A DNA stretch of 62,944 nt, counting the filler, from Chiloscyllium plagiosum (lineage: Eukaryota), in assembly GCF_004010195.1 (NCBI RefSeq). It is 5 parts of one record of this genome, joined end to end, with 100 filler letters (N's around TTAATTAATTAA, not from the genome) between each part and the next. Parts side by side here need not be neighbours in the genome. Positions count along the whole stretch, not along the records: positions 46,593 to 61,159 come from NC_057712.1; positions 61,260 to 62,944 come from NC_057712.1; 3 more parts are not named here. The stretch is one strand, 5' to 3'. The first letter of the stretch is position 1. Each line of letters opens with the position of its first letter. The notes beneath the pieces were generated by a model. It was not told the DNA's origin. It did not search any database and was given only the letters and a program-made list of their open reading frames with translations. Below, piece by piece: positions 50,658-62,944 of this stretch. The position numbers and the translations under genes were made by a program.

Positions 50658-52584
50658 TGCTTCCAATTAAACCTGTTGGACGATAACCTGGTGTTGTGTG
50701 ATTTTTAACTTTGTACACCGGAGTCCAACACCGGCATCTCCAAATCATGACTACTCTTGAACATACTTAGCCTTCTTTTCTGAGTTTCCATTCACAAAAG
50801 TATATTTTATTGCCTTGTCTTGCTGTTGCAAGTCCCTTAGCCATTCAGGACAAAACACTTCTGTCTGACTCTCTGATTGTTCAGGTTTTTCCTGCACTAT
50901 TTCATCACACAGGGTGTCCGCGAACTGAAACTCAACATCTTCACCATTCTCTTACGTGTTTTCATCATGCTGTAACTTATGAAAGTTGAATCTGGTTACT
51001 ATGCAGTCAGGGAAAATACCACGATACTCCCGTTTTCACTCCACAACTTCTTGGTCTTCCTTGGGCTTCTCCACAACAAGGCGTTCCCAACAATAAACTG
51101 AATTGCTGGAACTGACACTGTGTCAATCACTCTCTGTGTTCCTTCCTCAGTCTTGCGTTGACACTCCAATCCAACCTTATATGGTGGAACGCTAAATTTC
51201 TGTCCATCTTTCCCACAAATTACCACTATCTCGGTTACCAGATCAGAAAGAGTGTAAATTCGCTAAACTCTTTATATCAGCGACTGGTTAGATCACGTGT
51301 CTCTCAAAATTATGCCTTCTTGTCTTCGTCCCCGTTCTTTCTGAGTGACCTTTACCCACAGAGGCGAATTCTTCCTAGAGATCAGGTGCTAACCCCACAC
51401 ACAATCCTTGCCGAGGCTGTACACTTGCCGCAGCCTCTCTGCTCTTCTTGGGGTTTCTTTTCCTACTTTCACTGAAACCACTGGCTTACCATCTTTTCCC
51501 ACATCTTTTCCCACAGTGAGTTTCCTTCACGAGGAGCACTGTGACTTTACGCATCCTTCTTTACCACAATAGAAACACCAGATTCCTTTCACCTCCTTTC
51601 CACATTCTTGGACATCCTTTTTAAGCCTGTGGTAAACTCTTACCAGTGTTCTCGACTCTTTGTTTCGGAGTGCAGAATCCCCTGTTCCCCCATCTTCTAT
51701 CCGTGACAGGACGAAATTCTGGACAGAAGCTTGTCTTATGCACCAATATGTGTTCAACTGCTAATTCTGCTGCCCTTCTCATTTCCTGACATTTCTGTTC
51801 TTCCACGTGAATTCTTACCATATTTCGAACCGAGTTTTCAACATCTCCACAAGAATAATTTCTCTTAGAGGCTCAAAAGTCCTATCTATCGTTGTAACAG
51901 GGACCCATGTCTCGAAATTACTCTGATTAATACTCAGCATGCGTCTGGCTCGGTTCTTCCTTTATTTGTCTGAAGCGCTGTTCATATGCTTCTGGTACAA
52001 TTTCAAAAGCACTTGAAATAGCCTGTTTCAACTCTTCATTATTGTAAGCATGAATTTGAACACGATCCGGGCTCCAACTATTTCATCAGGAACACTTCAC
52101 TGACGATTGTAATTTTATTCCTATCTCAAATCATTTAGTTTTCCTGATTTAACACCTTTTTCAAATAGATTGAGTCATAGAGGACTGTCGAAAAGTACCT
52201 GTGCAATTAATTGAACATTTCCTTTTGGTTATTGATTTCACTGAATCGATTTCCACAACACTAATATCGTTATTGTTCATTATATTTTTAAGCATGTCAG
52301 TACTATCCCTGACTATTCGATCTAACAAGCGAACTTTCACTTATAGTCTGATACTTGATTCCTTGTTACAGTTTTACTCTTGCACTTTCCTATATCTGTC
52401 AAATCTTCTAATCTACCACCTATCAGTGTGCAACACTATGAATTTATTCTCAGTGTGGTGCCGCTATTTTAATTTAAAACATGGATTGTCATTGTTTTCG
52501 TTGAGTTTTGTTTTCTTACACTGCAGAAATTATCTCTGTGGCATATTCTGAAATATCTACTTTAACGTCCATTACTAAACAAAG

Positions 52585-55380
52585 AAGAACTAAGAACAAC
52601 GAAAATTAACAGACCAGAAAGAGGCCGTTGCGCCCTCCAAGCCTGTGCTGATTCAAATACACTGTCTCAATAGATCACTCAATTCCTAAGAATCTGCATC
52701 CCTCTGCTCCACACCTCCTCATGCATCTGGTTAGAACTTCCTGAAATGAATCTACCGTGCCTGCCTCGACTATCTCTGCTGGCAACGCGTTCCAGGCACC
52801 TGGTACACTCTGAGTAAAATACTTTCCGCGTGTATCCTCTTAAACTTTTTACCTCTCACCTTGAATGTCTGATATCTCGTCAGTGAATCCCTCACCTGGG
52901 GAAAAAAACGACTTACCTCTATCCACCCTGCCTATATCCTTCATGATTTGTAGACCTCAATCAGGTCTCTCCGCCCGTCCCCCGCAATCTTCTTTTTTTC
53001 CAATGAAAACAATTCCAACTTTCTCTACCAGGCAAAATCGTCGTAAACCTTCTGTGCACCTTCTCGAAAATGTTCACATCCTGGTGGTAATGTGGCGACG
53101 AGAACTGGACACTGCATTCTAAACACGGCTAAACCAAGCTTTTGTACTATTTCAACATGACCTGCCAGGTCTTCTACTCAATGCCCAATCCGATGAAGGC
53201 ATCCATACCATATGCCTTCTTGACCACTGTAGCCACCTGTGCAGCCAGCTTCAGGGTTCAATGGACCTAACTCCCAGATCTCCCTGATCATCAACTTTCC
53301 CCAAGGCTCTTTCGTTTTCAGTATAGTTTTTTCTAGAATTAGATTTCCCCAAATTCACCACCTCTCATTTGCCTGGATTAAACTCCATCTGCCAATTATG
53401 CACCCAACTCTCCAGTCTAAAGTATTTTCCTGTATTCTCTGACAGACCACTGTGCTTTCTGCTACTCCACCAATCTTCGATTCATCTGCAATCTGCAATC
53501 AAACAACAATGCTCTTATCCAGATCATTTTGTATATCACAAACAACAGTGGTCCTAGCACTGACCACTGTTGGAACACCATTGGCCAACTTCCTCCATTT
53601 CGAGAAACTCTCTTCAACTATTGCCCCATGTCTCCTGTTGCTCAACCCATTCTTCATCCACCAAGCTAGAACAACATGCACAACATGTGACTTCACTTTC
53701 TCCATTAGTTTACCATTGTCAACCTGATCAAACACCTTATGAAAGTCCATATATATGACATCTATAGCCTTTCCTTCATCTATCAATTTGATCACTTCCT
53801 CAACAACTCTATTAAATTGTTAAGGCACGATCTCCCCCACACAATGCCACATTTTTTTTATATCTTATAATCCCATTATTTTCCAAAGATAAATAGATTA
53901 CGTTCCTCAATACATTCTCCAGCATCTTTCTCACCAGTGACTTCAAGCTCACTGATCTGTAGTTACCTGGAATATTCCTACTACCCTTCTGGTACAGGAA
54001 AACAACATGAGCAACCCTCCAGTCCTCCGGCACCTCATCTGTGTTTAAGGATGCTACAAACATATCTGTAAGGCCCCTCTCTCACCTCCTTCCTCAACGT
54101 GGGATAGATCTCAGCCAGTCCTGGCTGGTTGTCCACCTTAATATCCTTTACCCTACCCAATACATCTTCTCTCCTTATATCAATATGATCCAGAGTAAAT
54201 AATCTTCTATCTCTAACCTCAACATTCCACATGTCCCTTTCTTCATTGAACACTGATGCAAAGTATTTAATTGAGAATCTCACCCATTTTCTTAGGTTCA
54301 ACACACAACCTTGCTTCCTTTGTCCTTTAGTGAACCTACCCTTTCTCTAGTTTACCTTTGGTTTCCAATGTATTAAGAAAAAGATTTTGGGATTCTTCTT
54401 AATTCATGACTCATTTTAGCCCACTTGCTACCTCACTTCAGATTGGTTCTACTCTCGAAATAGTCCAACAAGGCCCGTTCATTTCTTAGCTGCCTGGACC
54501 TTATTTATGCTTCCCTTTTCCTCTTCGCTATTTGCATTTCTCCTGCCACCCACGGTTCATTAGATTACTTACAGGGCAGTCGCCTGAGGCGGGAATTGAA
54601 CCCGGGTCTCTGGCGCTGTGAGGCAGCAGTGCTAACCACTGTGCCACCATGCCGCCCCATGCCACCATGCCGCCAAGGTTCATGAATCTTGCGTTTCCTA
54701 TCCCTTGTTTTGAAAGGGACATGAATATCTTGCACTATCTTTAACCTATCTTTGAAAACCTCCCACATTTCAAATATGGACTTCCCTTCAAAAAGTTACT
54801 TCCAATCCACATTTCCCAGCTCCTGCCGAATTTTTGTAGAATTGGCCTTGGCCCAGTGTATTATTCTTCCCTTAGAAAAACTCTCATCTTTGTCTGGCAG
54901 TATTCTTGAACTTACAGAATTGTGGTCACTATTCCCAGAGAAATCCCCCCACTGCAACTTCTATCATTTGGCCTGGCTCTTTGCCTAACACCAGGCCCAA
55001 TCTGGCTCCTTCACTCGTTGGACTATAGACATACTGCTCTGGAAACTCGTCCGGGATGTTCGTTTCAAATTGTGGTCCATCCAGACCGCAGACACTGTGT
55101 ATCACCTCAATGTTGGGAAAATTAAAATCTCCCATCACCACCAATCTGTTGTTTCTACATCTTTCCATAATCTGTTTACAAATTTGTTCTTCTTCCTCCT
55201 GATTACGTTTGCGAAGCCTGTAGTGCAGCTCCAAAAATGAAACTGCACCCTTCGTATTTCTAAGCTCGACCCAAAATGCCTCACTGGCCAAGTCGTCCAT
55301 AATGTCCTCCTTTAACACAGCCGTGATATCATCCCTAACAAGAAATGCAACTCCTCCCCGCATTTTTATGTCTTGGGTGT
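52585..55380 (-). mobile_element. CR1 LINE ORF2 (APE + RT + 3' end), heavily diverged; partial V-SINE at about 54560-54672
   Basis: RGGVAFLVRD...VVMGDFNFPNI (APE), VPEDWRVAHVV.LYQKG..PGNYRSVSL, DVIYMDFHKVFDQV. Confidence 0.92.
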
Positions 55381-55559
55381 TTGAGAAAGTCATAGATAGG
55401 TTATTTAAACAGTATGTTAAATCAAGTGCGTGTTATCAATAATCCCAAGGAGCTTGAGAAACACGGCATCAGACCCTGTAAACCACGTCAACAGCATACT
55501 ATCAAGAGAACAAGAATGACTGGGATAAAGGTATCCCATTCTTATTTTTCGTGTTGAGA

Positions 55560-55900
55560 GGTGCCCAAAAAAGTCTATTCAATGCAGTCCCTTTGAGTTA
55601 ATATTTAGACATGAAGTAAGAGGGCTATTGAAATTAATTGAAGAATAATTGTCTGGACGAATTTGGAGACCTGGCACTTGGATTACGTGAGGGAGAAATT
55701 CAGTGAGTTTGCTCAACAGCATCTGAAGATAGCACAGTGTAGAATGAAACAGGTGAAAGACAGATCCTCTCTGTATGCTACCAGAATCACGATCTGGTGC
55801 AATTCTTGTCTGCCTTAACTTGCCGTAGTTCCCATTTCTTCTTACGTTTCTACCTTTCCGATAATAACCCTGAGGAATATTCACTGCCTCCTTTACTGAG
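55560..55900 (+). mobile_element. Gypsy integrase fragment
   Basis: SPFELIFRHEVRGLLKLIEE, the same motif as in the 49.9-kb copy. Confidence 0.6.
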
Positions 55901-55914
55901 ACTGCATCAAAATA

Positions 55915-57010
55915 TGTTTTGGTTCTGTTCGCTGAGCTGGGAATTTGTGTTGCAGACGTTTCGTCCCCTGTCTAGGTGACATCCTCAGTGCTTGGGAGCC
56001 TCCTGTGAAGCGCTTCTGTGATGTTTCCACCGGCATTTATACTGGTTTGAGTCTGCCGCTTCCGGTTGTCAGTTCCAGCTGTCCGTTGCAGTGGTCGGTA
56101 TATTGGGTCCAGGTTGATGTGCTTATTGATTGAATCTATGGATGGGTGTCATGCCTCAAAGAATTCCCTGGCTGTTCTCTGTTTGGCTTGTCCTATCGTC
56201 GTAGTGTTGTCCCAGTCGAACTTATGTTGCTTGTCATCTGCGTGTGTGGCTACTAAGGATAGCTGGTCGTGTCGTTTGGTGGCTAGTTGGTGTTCATGGA
56301 TACAGATCGTTAGCTGTCTTCCGGTTTGTCCTACGTAGTGTTTTGTGCAGTCCTTGCATGAGATTTTGTACACTATATTGGTTTTTCTCATGATGGGTAT
56401 CGGGTCCTTCGTTTTTATGAAATGTTGTCTGAGAGTGGCTGTTGGTTTGTGTGCTGTTATGAGTCCTAGTGGTCGTAATAGTCTGGTTGTAAGTTCGGAG
56501 ATGCAGTTGATGTATGGTAGTGTGGCTGGTCCTCGTTCCGTTGTCTTCCCCTTAGGCATCTGTTGACGAAATTGTGCGGGTATCAGTTGTTGGAGAATAC
56601 ATTGTATAGGTGTTATTCTTCCTCTTTTTGCAGTGCTGGAGTACTGCATTGTCTTGTGGCCCTTTTGAACAGTATATTGATGCAACTTCTTTTGTGTGTG
56701 TTGGGGTGGTGACTTTCGTAGTTCAGGACTTGGTCTGTTTATGTGGCTTTCCTGTATACAAGTCCTGAACTACGAAAGCAACTATCCCATCAAGACAATG
56801 TTCAAAAGTGCCACTACACAATGCAGTTCACCAGAACTGCAAAAAGAGGAAGAAGAACACATATACAATGGATTCGCCAAAAACGGTTACCCGCGCAATT
56901 TCATCAACAGATGCCTAAGGGGAAGACAACGGAACGAGGATATGCCACAACCCAAAGGACTAGCCACACTACCATACATCAAGTGCATCTCCGAACTGAC
57001 AGCCAGACGG
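55915..57010 (-). mobile_element. Penelope-like element (family C) with an inverted partial duplication on the + strand (about 56760-57010)
   Basis: ORF 56149-56685: TLPYI...NIVYKISCKDCTKHYVGQTGRQL..IHEH (GIY-YIG). Mirror copy begins around an inversion centre near 56745. Confidence 0.92.
55952..55991 (-). ncRNA. Minimal type-I hammerhead ribozyme in the Penelope family-C 3' end
   Basis: GCA-CUGAGGA-U-GUCACC-UAGACA-GGGGAC-GAAA-C-GUC-UGC: stem I GCA/UGC, stem II with one mismatch, palindromic ACGU stem III, GUC cleavage triplet. Confidence 0.82.
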
Positions 57011-57599
57011 AAGGAACAAGTATCATTTACGCAAAAAGTTAAGTTTTACTGGCATAGAGCAGCAAGAACAGATTTCAGTATAAGGTGTACGGCATCATGT
57101 CAATCTTTGATGTTGATATATGAGGAAATACGTATCTCTGAAGGTTTATTGACACAGAAAAGAAGTGCGTTTACGTGGAATTTATGGTGACAATTTTTTT
57201 CCTCTGTTATGTAGAGTGAGGAGACTGTATCAAGTGAACATTGGAGAAGTGATTGTCGGCGCATTATAAGATCGCTCGGATGCGGGAATATCGTTGTTCT
57301 TGTTCAGCAGCACGAGGACTGCTGCCTGCTGCGATATAAAAACACAATGCAAAATCATGCAAATAAGCTACTATATGAAGCAAAACCTGGGATTTTCACT
57401 GATTGTGTGGTAACACGGTCACTAAGTCACCGCTTCAGACATGAGGAGTAATCAACGAATACAGATAGCGAAATGAAGTAGAATTATTAAAAACAACATT
57501 TGATCGAATGGTTTGGACAAAATAGGAACGTTTGGAGGATAACGTGGATATTTCTAGCTCAGAATAATGAACGGAGTTCCAACTGAATGTGAAAAACTG

Positions 57600-58200
57600 A
57601 AGCAATTCTATCAAAGGTTTGACCAGCATGACGGATTTGACTGTCTTCCTGACTGTTACTATGTTACAAATGAAGGGAAATGATGACCATCACACTTTCA
57701 AGCAGATCAGAATAAGGCAAAATTTCAGCAAGTCGTATTACGAGTCTGTTATCGAAAGGAGATGTTGTGGCTCACACAAGACATTCCAGTAGGAGACAAT
57801 CGAGGCTGAAAAATAACTGAAATTAAGTACAAACGTGTTTTACTGGTTTGGACTGCATCACGATGTAGTCAAAAGTGTGGTGCTGGAAAATCATTAATGG
57901 TAATGCAGCATGCGTGGAGCAGGCGAATGGATGTTTTGGGTATAAGCGCTTCATCAGGAAACATCAAATCTCCTGCTCCTACGATGCTGCACGACCAGCA
58001 TTGACTTTCCAGCACCACACACTCGACTCTGATCTTCGGCATCAGCCGTACACACTTTCCCTTGTATTAGATTGTAATTGAATTTTGCTCGTCGTGTCAT
58101 AAAAGTCAAGTCGTGAAAAAATGCTGCAAGGGATAAAACGTGCGCTTTTAATTTGCATTCCTTCATTTGAGGTACCTTTTACAAGCTTCTTAATTTATTG
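57600..58200 (+). mobile_element. Gypsy integrase zinc-finger remnant, interrupted by a fold-back Penelope tail (about 57866-58060)
   Basis: FYWFGLHHDV | FCSSCHKSQV...IPSFEVPF. Confidence 0.65.
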
Positions 58201-61159
58201 CGTACAATCTTTATTTAAAAGAAAATAAATGGGAGTAGAATGTGTTAACAATGATGGATGTGTCCACGAGGAAAGCCATAAGCAGTTTCACAGCTGATAT
58301 CATAGGGGAGGAGTTACTCAAATTTGTCAAGGTATACGGAACATCCACAGCTATGCAACTTAATTAAGGGTCAAAGTTAACTCAAAATTATCAACGAAGT
58401 TGTGGACATCCTCGAAATAAAATAATCAAAGGCACTGCAACCATCCATAATCGCTGGGAGCGTTAGAAAGGTAGCACCAGACCTGAGATGTAAAAGGGCT
58501 CACAGCCAAGACTACGCAGATGACTGGCAATTCATTTCGTATTTTCTGCCATCAGAGATGGAACAAATGAAATGACCAAATTCATTCCAACTGAATTAGT
58601 TTTGAGTATGAAGTGAGCGGAGGATTAAACGTGTTTCAGGGGAAATTGGTGAATCAAAATTCAGAAATCACATTTGGGCGATGTGTCAAATTTTAGGGAA
58701 CGATTAAACAGCGTGGGGGATTTGGCTGGACGTGGTTTGAAAATATCAGAGGATGTAATGAGCCAGGAAGAGACAAGGAATGAAAAGCTCGCAATTCTGC
58801 GAATGGAGATAAAGTTATTGTGTCAGGTTCAGTGATAGATAAACCTTTAAAAGTTGATTTAGTGGACCTTATCAAGTCGTAATGAAGTTGAGTGATGTGA
58901 ACCAATTGATAAGGTGTCCAGACAGAAAAGCATTATGCATAGCAAGCCACCTGAACACGATTAGAAGATATTTTGACTGGGAAGGAAAATAGAAAGAGAA
59001 TGTCTTTATAACTGGTTATAACACAGAGTGAAGAGACAAGCTCAGAGGATTCTGAATTAGACATGCTTCAAATCCGATTGGGCAACGAGTCAATCATTTT
59101 TTTTTTAAAAATGGGACAAGTTATTGAGTTACATTCCAATGGAACATAGAAATGACCTGACACCGTTCTTGCAATCACATGGGGAGGTAGGTCAAAATAA
59201 ACGGAGAAGTAATTATGTAATTGTGCATGATAGAGATATAAGAAATGCTGTTCAAATTAAGCAACGTCCTTTCAGACTTTAACTCTAAATTTGCCATGTG
59301 TTCATAAAGAAATAGAAAATATGCTAAAGACAAACATAATTGAAGTGTACTAAAGTGACTAGATTTCAGATGTATTAATATTTCCAAATCCAGACTGTAG
59401 GCAACAGATATCTGTGAACTATCGTGATGTTAAAGTTGTTACGAAGTCTGATTCATAGTCGATTCCACATTTGGAAAACTCTGTAGAAAATGTGGGAAAA
59501 GCAACTTACATTTATCATTTGGATTCCTCAGTGCACACCGGGTTGTATCGTTATCCAAAAGAGTGAAAATAATTTTGTTTCTTGTAACACGGAAAATACT
59601 GTACCAATTTAGTATGACGAATGTGTCAGCCATATTTCAAAGACTAACCAATCAAGTCATTTTTGGATTACCAATTATGCAGTACGTTTGGAAGATCTGG
59701 TGAGTTTTCATCTCACATCGAAGGAAAATTTGACGAAAGCATCAGATTTATTCAACTGACAACGGAAGACAGACTTCGTAATAAGGGGAAAATTTGCACT
59801 TCAGATGCTGGAGAGTAGAGGCAAGATTAGAGTGGTGTTGGAAATGCACAGCAGGTCAGGTCACATCCGAGTTGCTGGAAAATCGACGTTACGGGCCGGA
59901 GCCCTGCATTAGCCCTTCATTCCTGATCAAGGTCTCCTGCCAAAGCTGCATATTAAACCTGGCTAAAGTTCAATTCGCCAAATCCCAAGTGAACTTCATG
60001 TGCCGTGCTAATGGATATGGGCAAATGACCCCACGATTAAAAAAGAAAACAGAGATTATTGAATGTTGGTCGTGCTATCGACGAAGAGAACATTACTATG
60101 ATCCTGGTGCTGATTTTTTTTTCAACTCAGAAATTAGTACCATATTGTTATCTATGTCTGCTCCATTCACTAAATTACGAAAGAACAGCAGGAGGATTCA
60201 GTCGGCAGCAGACTACCAAAAGGCATTTGACTGCCGGAAAACTGTGCGAACATATTACCGAATTTCGCTACACTATTAAATGTTCAATAGATGCAAGTAA
60301 TGTGAGTGCTGGATCTCTACACTGAAAGGAAGATGATGAGAAAACGGAAAGCTTGATCGGATATTTCTCTGAGAAATTAACATTTATCGACAGAAATATT
60401 CGACAATTGAGAAGAAGGTTTTGAGCTTGGTGGATGCTTGACACTATTTCAACATTTATGTTGCCAGTAATGTGTTTCCTGCTCATCGGATGATGCCTGA
60501 CCTTCTGTGCTTTCCTAGCAGCACAGTTGCGACTCTAACCTCCAGCATCTGCAGTCCTCACTTTGTCCTGATAAATGGAAATGTCCAGTCGCAGAAGTAA
60601 CCGTATTGAAAGAGCATTTAATACTGCATATATGCATGGTTATGATCAAAGTAGTGTATATGTATTTAAGTGTATACAGAGGGTGAGAGAAAGGGTTTTC
60701 AAACTGAGGCCATATTTATAGACAGATGGTTCTTTTTTGAGGCAAAAGATGCAAAGATGCGGCCCTTTATTTCGGGGTTCCCCTTGGTTTTTGCACGATG
60801 TTCGTAAATGCAGAGGTGCCAAAATATCTTGAAGTAGCTACTTTGAACAATAACAGAGGATTTGCCAGTTTTCGCAGTTCCGGTTTTTATTCTATTTTAA
60901 TTTGTTTTATCAGACAGTTCGGAACTACTGGTCGAAGAGAAGCTGATACTGTGAGAAATGTTTCCATGCTCCAACTGATGTTTCTTGCCGTACTCTTCTC
61001 TTTGTAATCTCTCCCGCTTGCAAGAAATTGAATTTGAATATTTCATTTTCCAATGAGGTATACCTTTGGACTTTTTGGGTATTGGAGCAGCTCCTTCGTT
61101 ATGTTGTGACATTGAATCAGTTGGGTCTCTAAGTAGTTCGGTTATTCCAAATTATTATT

Positions 61160-61259
61160 NNNNNNNNNNNNNNNNNNNNNNNNNNNNNNNNNNNNNNNNN
61201 NNNTTAATTAATTAANNNNNNNNNNNNNNNNNNNNNNNNNNNNNNNNNNNNNNNNNNNN
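61160..61259. other. Artificial contig-join linker
   Basis: 44 N + TTAATTAATTAA + 44 N. Confidence 0.97.
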
Positions 61260-62250
61260 AGTTTAAACGCAGCTGTGTTGTAGTGGCAAACCTGCCTGCC
61301 AGAATGCTGGTCCCCCACTTATTAAGGTGCAACCCGTCCCTCTTGTATAATTTATCCTTACCGCCAAACATACCCCAATGATCCAAGAATTTAAATCCTT
61401 GCTTCCTGCACCAGTTCCCTAGCCACACATTCAAGTCCATTATCTCCCTGTTCCTGTTCTCTCCAGCCCGAGGAACTGGAAGCAAACCAGAGATAACCCC
61501 CTGGTTGTTCTGCTTTTCAGCCTTCTTCCGAGTTCTCCGAAGTCCCGCTGTAGAATGTCCCTCCTCTTCTTCCCGACGTCATTTGTGCCGACATGCATCA
61601 CCACCTTCGCCCTTGAGGATTTCCTGCACTCTGTCTGCGATGTCCTTAATCCTGGCACCAGGAAGGCAACACACCATCCTCAAATTCCGCCTGTTGCTGC
61701 AGAAACCCCATTCAGTCCCTCTCACTATGGAGTCTCCTATTACCACGGCTCTGTGTGATGTCTGACTCCTCGGCTCTGCCTCCACGCTAATTTCTGATTG
61801 GCAGACCTGACCGCCTCACGGACTGGCAGTGACGTCTGTCTCTACAGTTTCCAAGAGATTCAACCTTTCCTGACAGGTACTTCCACCGGGGTCCCTTGCA
61901 CTTGTCTCATCTCTGCCTTCCTCATCGTCTTCTCCCTTCTGCTCTCTTCTGGTATGCTTGGTGTAATAACCTTGCTGAAAGTCCTGTCCAGAAAGATCTC
62001 GTTCTCTTGGATGAACCTGAGGTCATCTAGTTCTTTCTTCAGTGCTGCAATATGCTCTGTCAGAAGCTGTACATGTACACACTTTCCACAGTTATACGAG
62101 CCAGCTACATCAGAGTGCCTGACCTCCCACATCATGCACGCAGTACACTGAATCAGCTTGGCAATCATGTCTTTACCCTCTTCAACTGTGGCATAATCAC
62201 TTCTCTCAACTTCTTTGTCGAAGACTCCTGAGCCAAAGACTCGCTCTTTT
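61260..62250 (-). mobile_element. CR1 ORF1 (zinc finger/leucine zipper + SGNH esterase), frameshifted
   Basis: QCTACMMWE...YNCGKC..VQLLTEHIAALKKELDDLRFI; VVIGDSIVR; CLPGARI; HVGTNDVG; DGLHLNKWG. Confidence 0.93.
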
Positions 62251-62289
62251 CTCAACAGAAACTTCCCTTGACCCCCATGTTTAGTTCTA

Positions 62290-62944
62290 ATCTTGTTTTC
62301 TAAAACATGGCTCATAACCTTGCAAGCCTTGGCATTTATCTACCCACCTCCATAACCAGCGCTCCTCAAACATTCTAGAAGATCCCTCCGGCCTCTGGAA
62401 CTGCTCGGACACAATTAGCCATGTGGCTGGTGCAGCTACCACCCCCACACTGATCGATGACGTCACTTCTGCCCCCATCATGGCTACTTCCACAGCCACT
62501 TCCGCCCCTCACAATTCCTCATGCACCACACGTAACATCACTTCCACCCCTCACATCATCGCTGATGTCACACACTCAGTGACCTCCGCCACCCCTACTG
62601 CCGTGTTTGCCACCACTTCTGCCCCCACCAAAGCCACTCACCTGCATTCTGCTGACACGCCCCCTGCAGGTCCCACTGTCACTATCCCCGCCCCCCAAAA
62701 CCCCAAGGGGAACACCATCCCTGCTCATGACTCTATGCCCATTCACCCCACCACCACACCCACTCCAGTTACCGGCTCCACCCCTACTCCCAGCTCCATA
62801 CCCACACCAGATCCCAGCTCCCAGCCCTGCCGGGTTTTTACCATCCCTCCAGACCTCCCCCTCACTGAGGATGAACGATCAGTCCTCAGTAAAGGACTCA
62901 CCTTCATCTCCCTCCGCCCACGCATCAATGAATTTAATACACGC
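62290..62944 (+). mobile_element. Penelope-like element, N-terminal ORF region (runs off the window)
   Basis: T/P/S-rich stretch, then QPCRVFTIPPDLPLTEDERSVLSKGLTFISLRPRINEF (LSKGL.F motif of PLE ORFs). Confidence 0.8.

Larger units (their letters stand above)
48766..52150 (-). mobile_element. Gypsy element with gag - IN - RT order (Gmr1-like), decayed
   Basis: gag VRIHVEEQK..EMRRAAELA and zinc knuckle CFYCGKEGCVKSQC (51.5-51.9 kb). IN: SPFELIFG.DVRG, FSGPYQIEK, HVNMLKPY (49.6-50.1 kb). Downstream RT start: PIKQHLYPLNP, PKPDGTQ.FCIDYQKVN (48.8-49.1 kb). Confidence 0.85.

Noticed and set aside
60900..60960. Plus-strand exon candidate (TTTTATCAG...ACT|GTGAGA)
   Set aside because: No recognisable product or partner exons; compatible with chance.
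61260..61790. Host SGNH/GDSL esterase gene
   Set aside because: It is intronless, frameshifted and preceded by the CR1 zinc-finger/leucine-zipper, so it is CR1 ORF1.

Overview
Repeat-dense vertebrate genomic DNA, almost certainly shark/elasmobranch, judged from HE1/V-SINE-type tRNA SINEs, a Deu-domain SINE, CR1 LINEs and several Penelope families. The window is not one contig. Four identical 100-nt linkers (44 N + TTAATTAATTAA + 44 N) join five pieces: 1-16789, 16890-25616, 25717-46492, 46593-61159 and 61260-62944. The only recognisable host-gene sequence is one minus-strand exon encoding the AGC C-terminal tail of a Rho-associated kinase (ROCK2-like, 2373-2512). Its canonical 5' end appears replaced. 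The main finds are: (1) a decayed retrovirus-like provirus (about 31.2-37.4 kb, minus strand) with a tRNA-Met-like PBS, retroviral-type RT, two RNase H domains, integrase and an env remnant with class-I fusion (F-type) features; (2) minimal hammerhead ribozymes in three Penelope families, and fold-back insertions that turn at the ribozyme; (3) a Gypsy element with integrase upstream of RT (Gmr1-like order); (4) a shuffled local duplication; (5) a 3.4-kb CpG-rich 19-bp minisatellite that produces all the long ORFs. Repeat boundaries were read by eye and are approximate. Family names rest on recalled motifs, not database searches.
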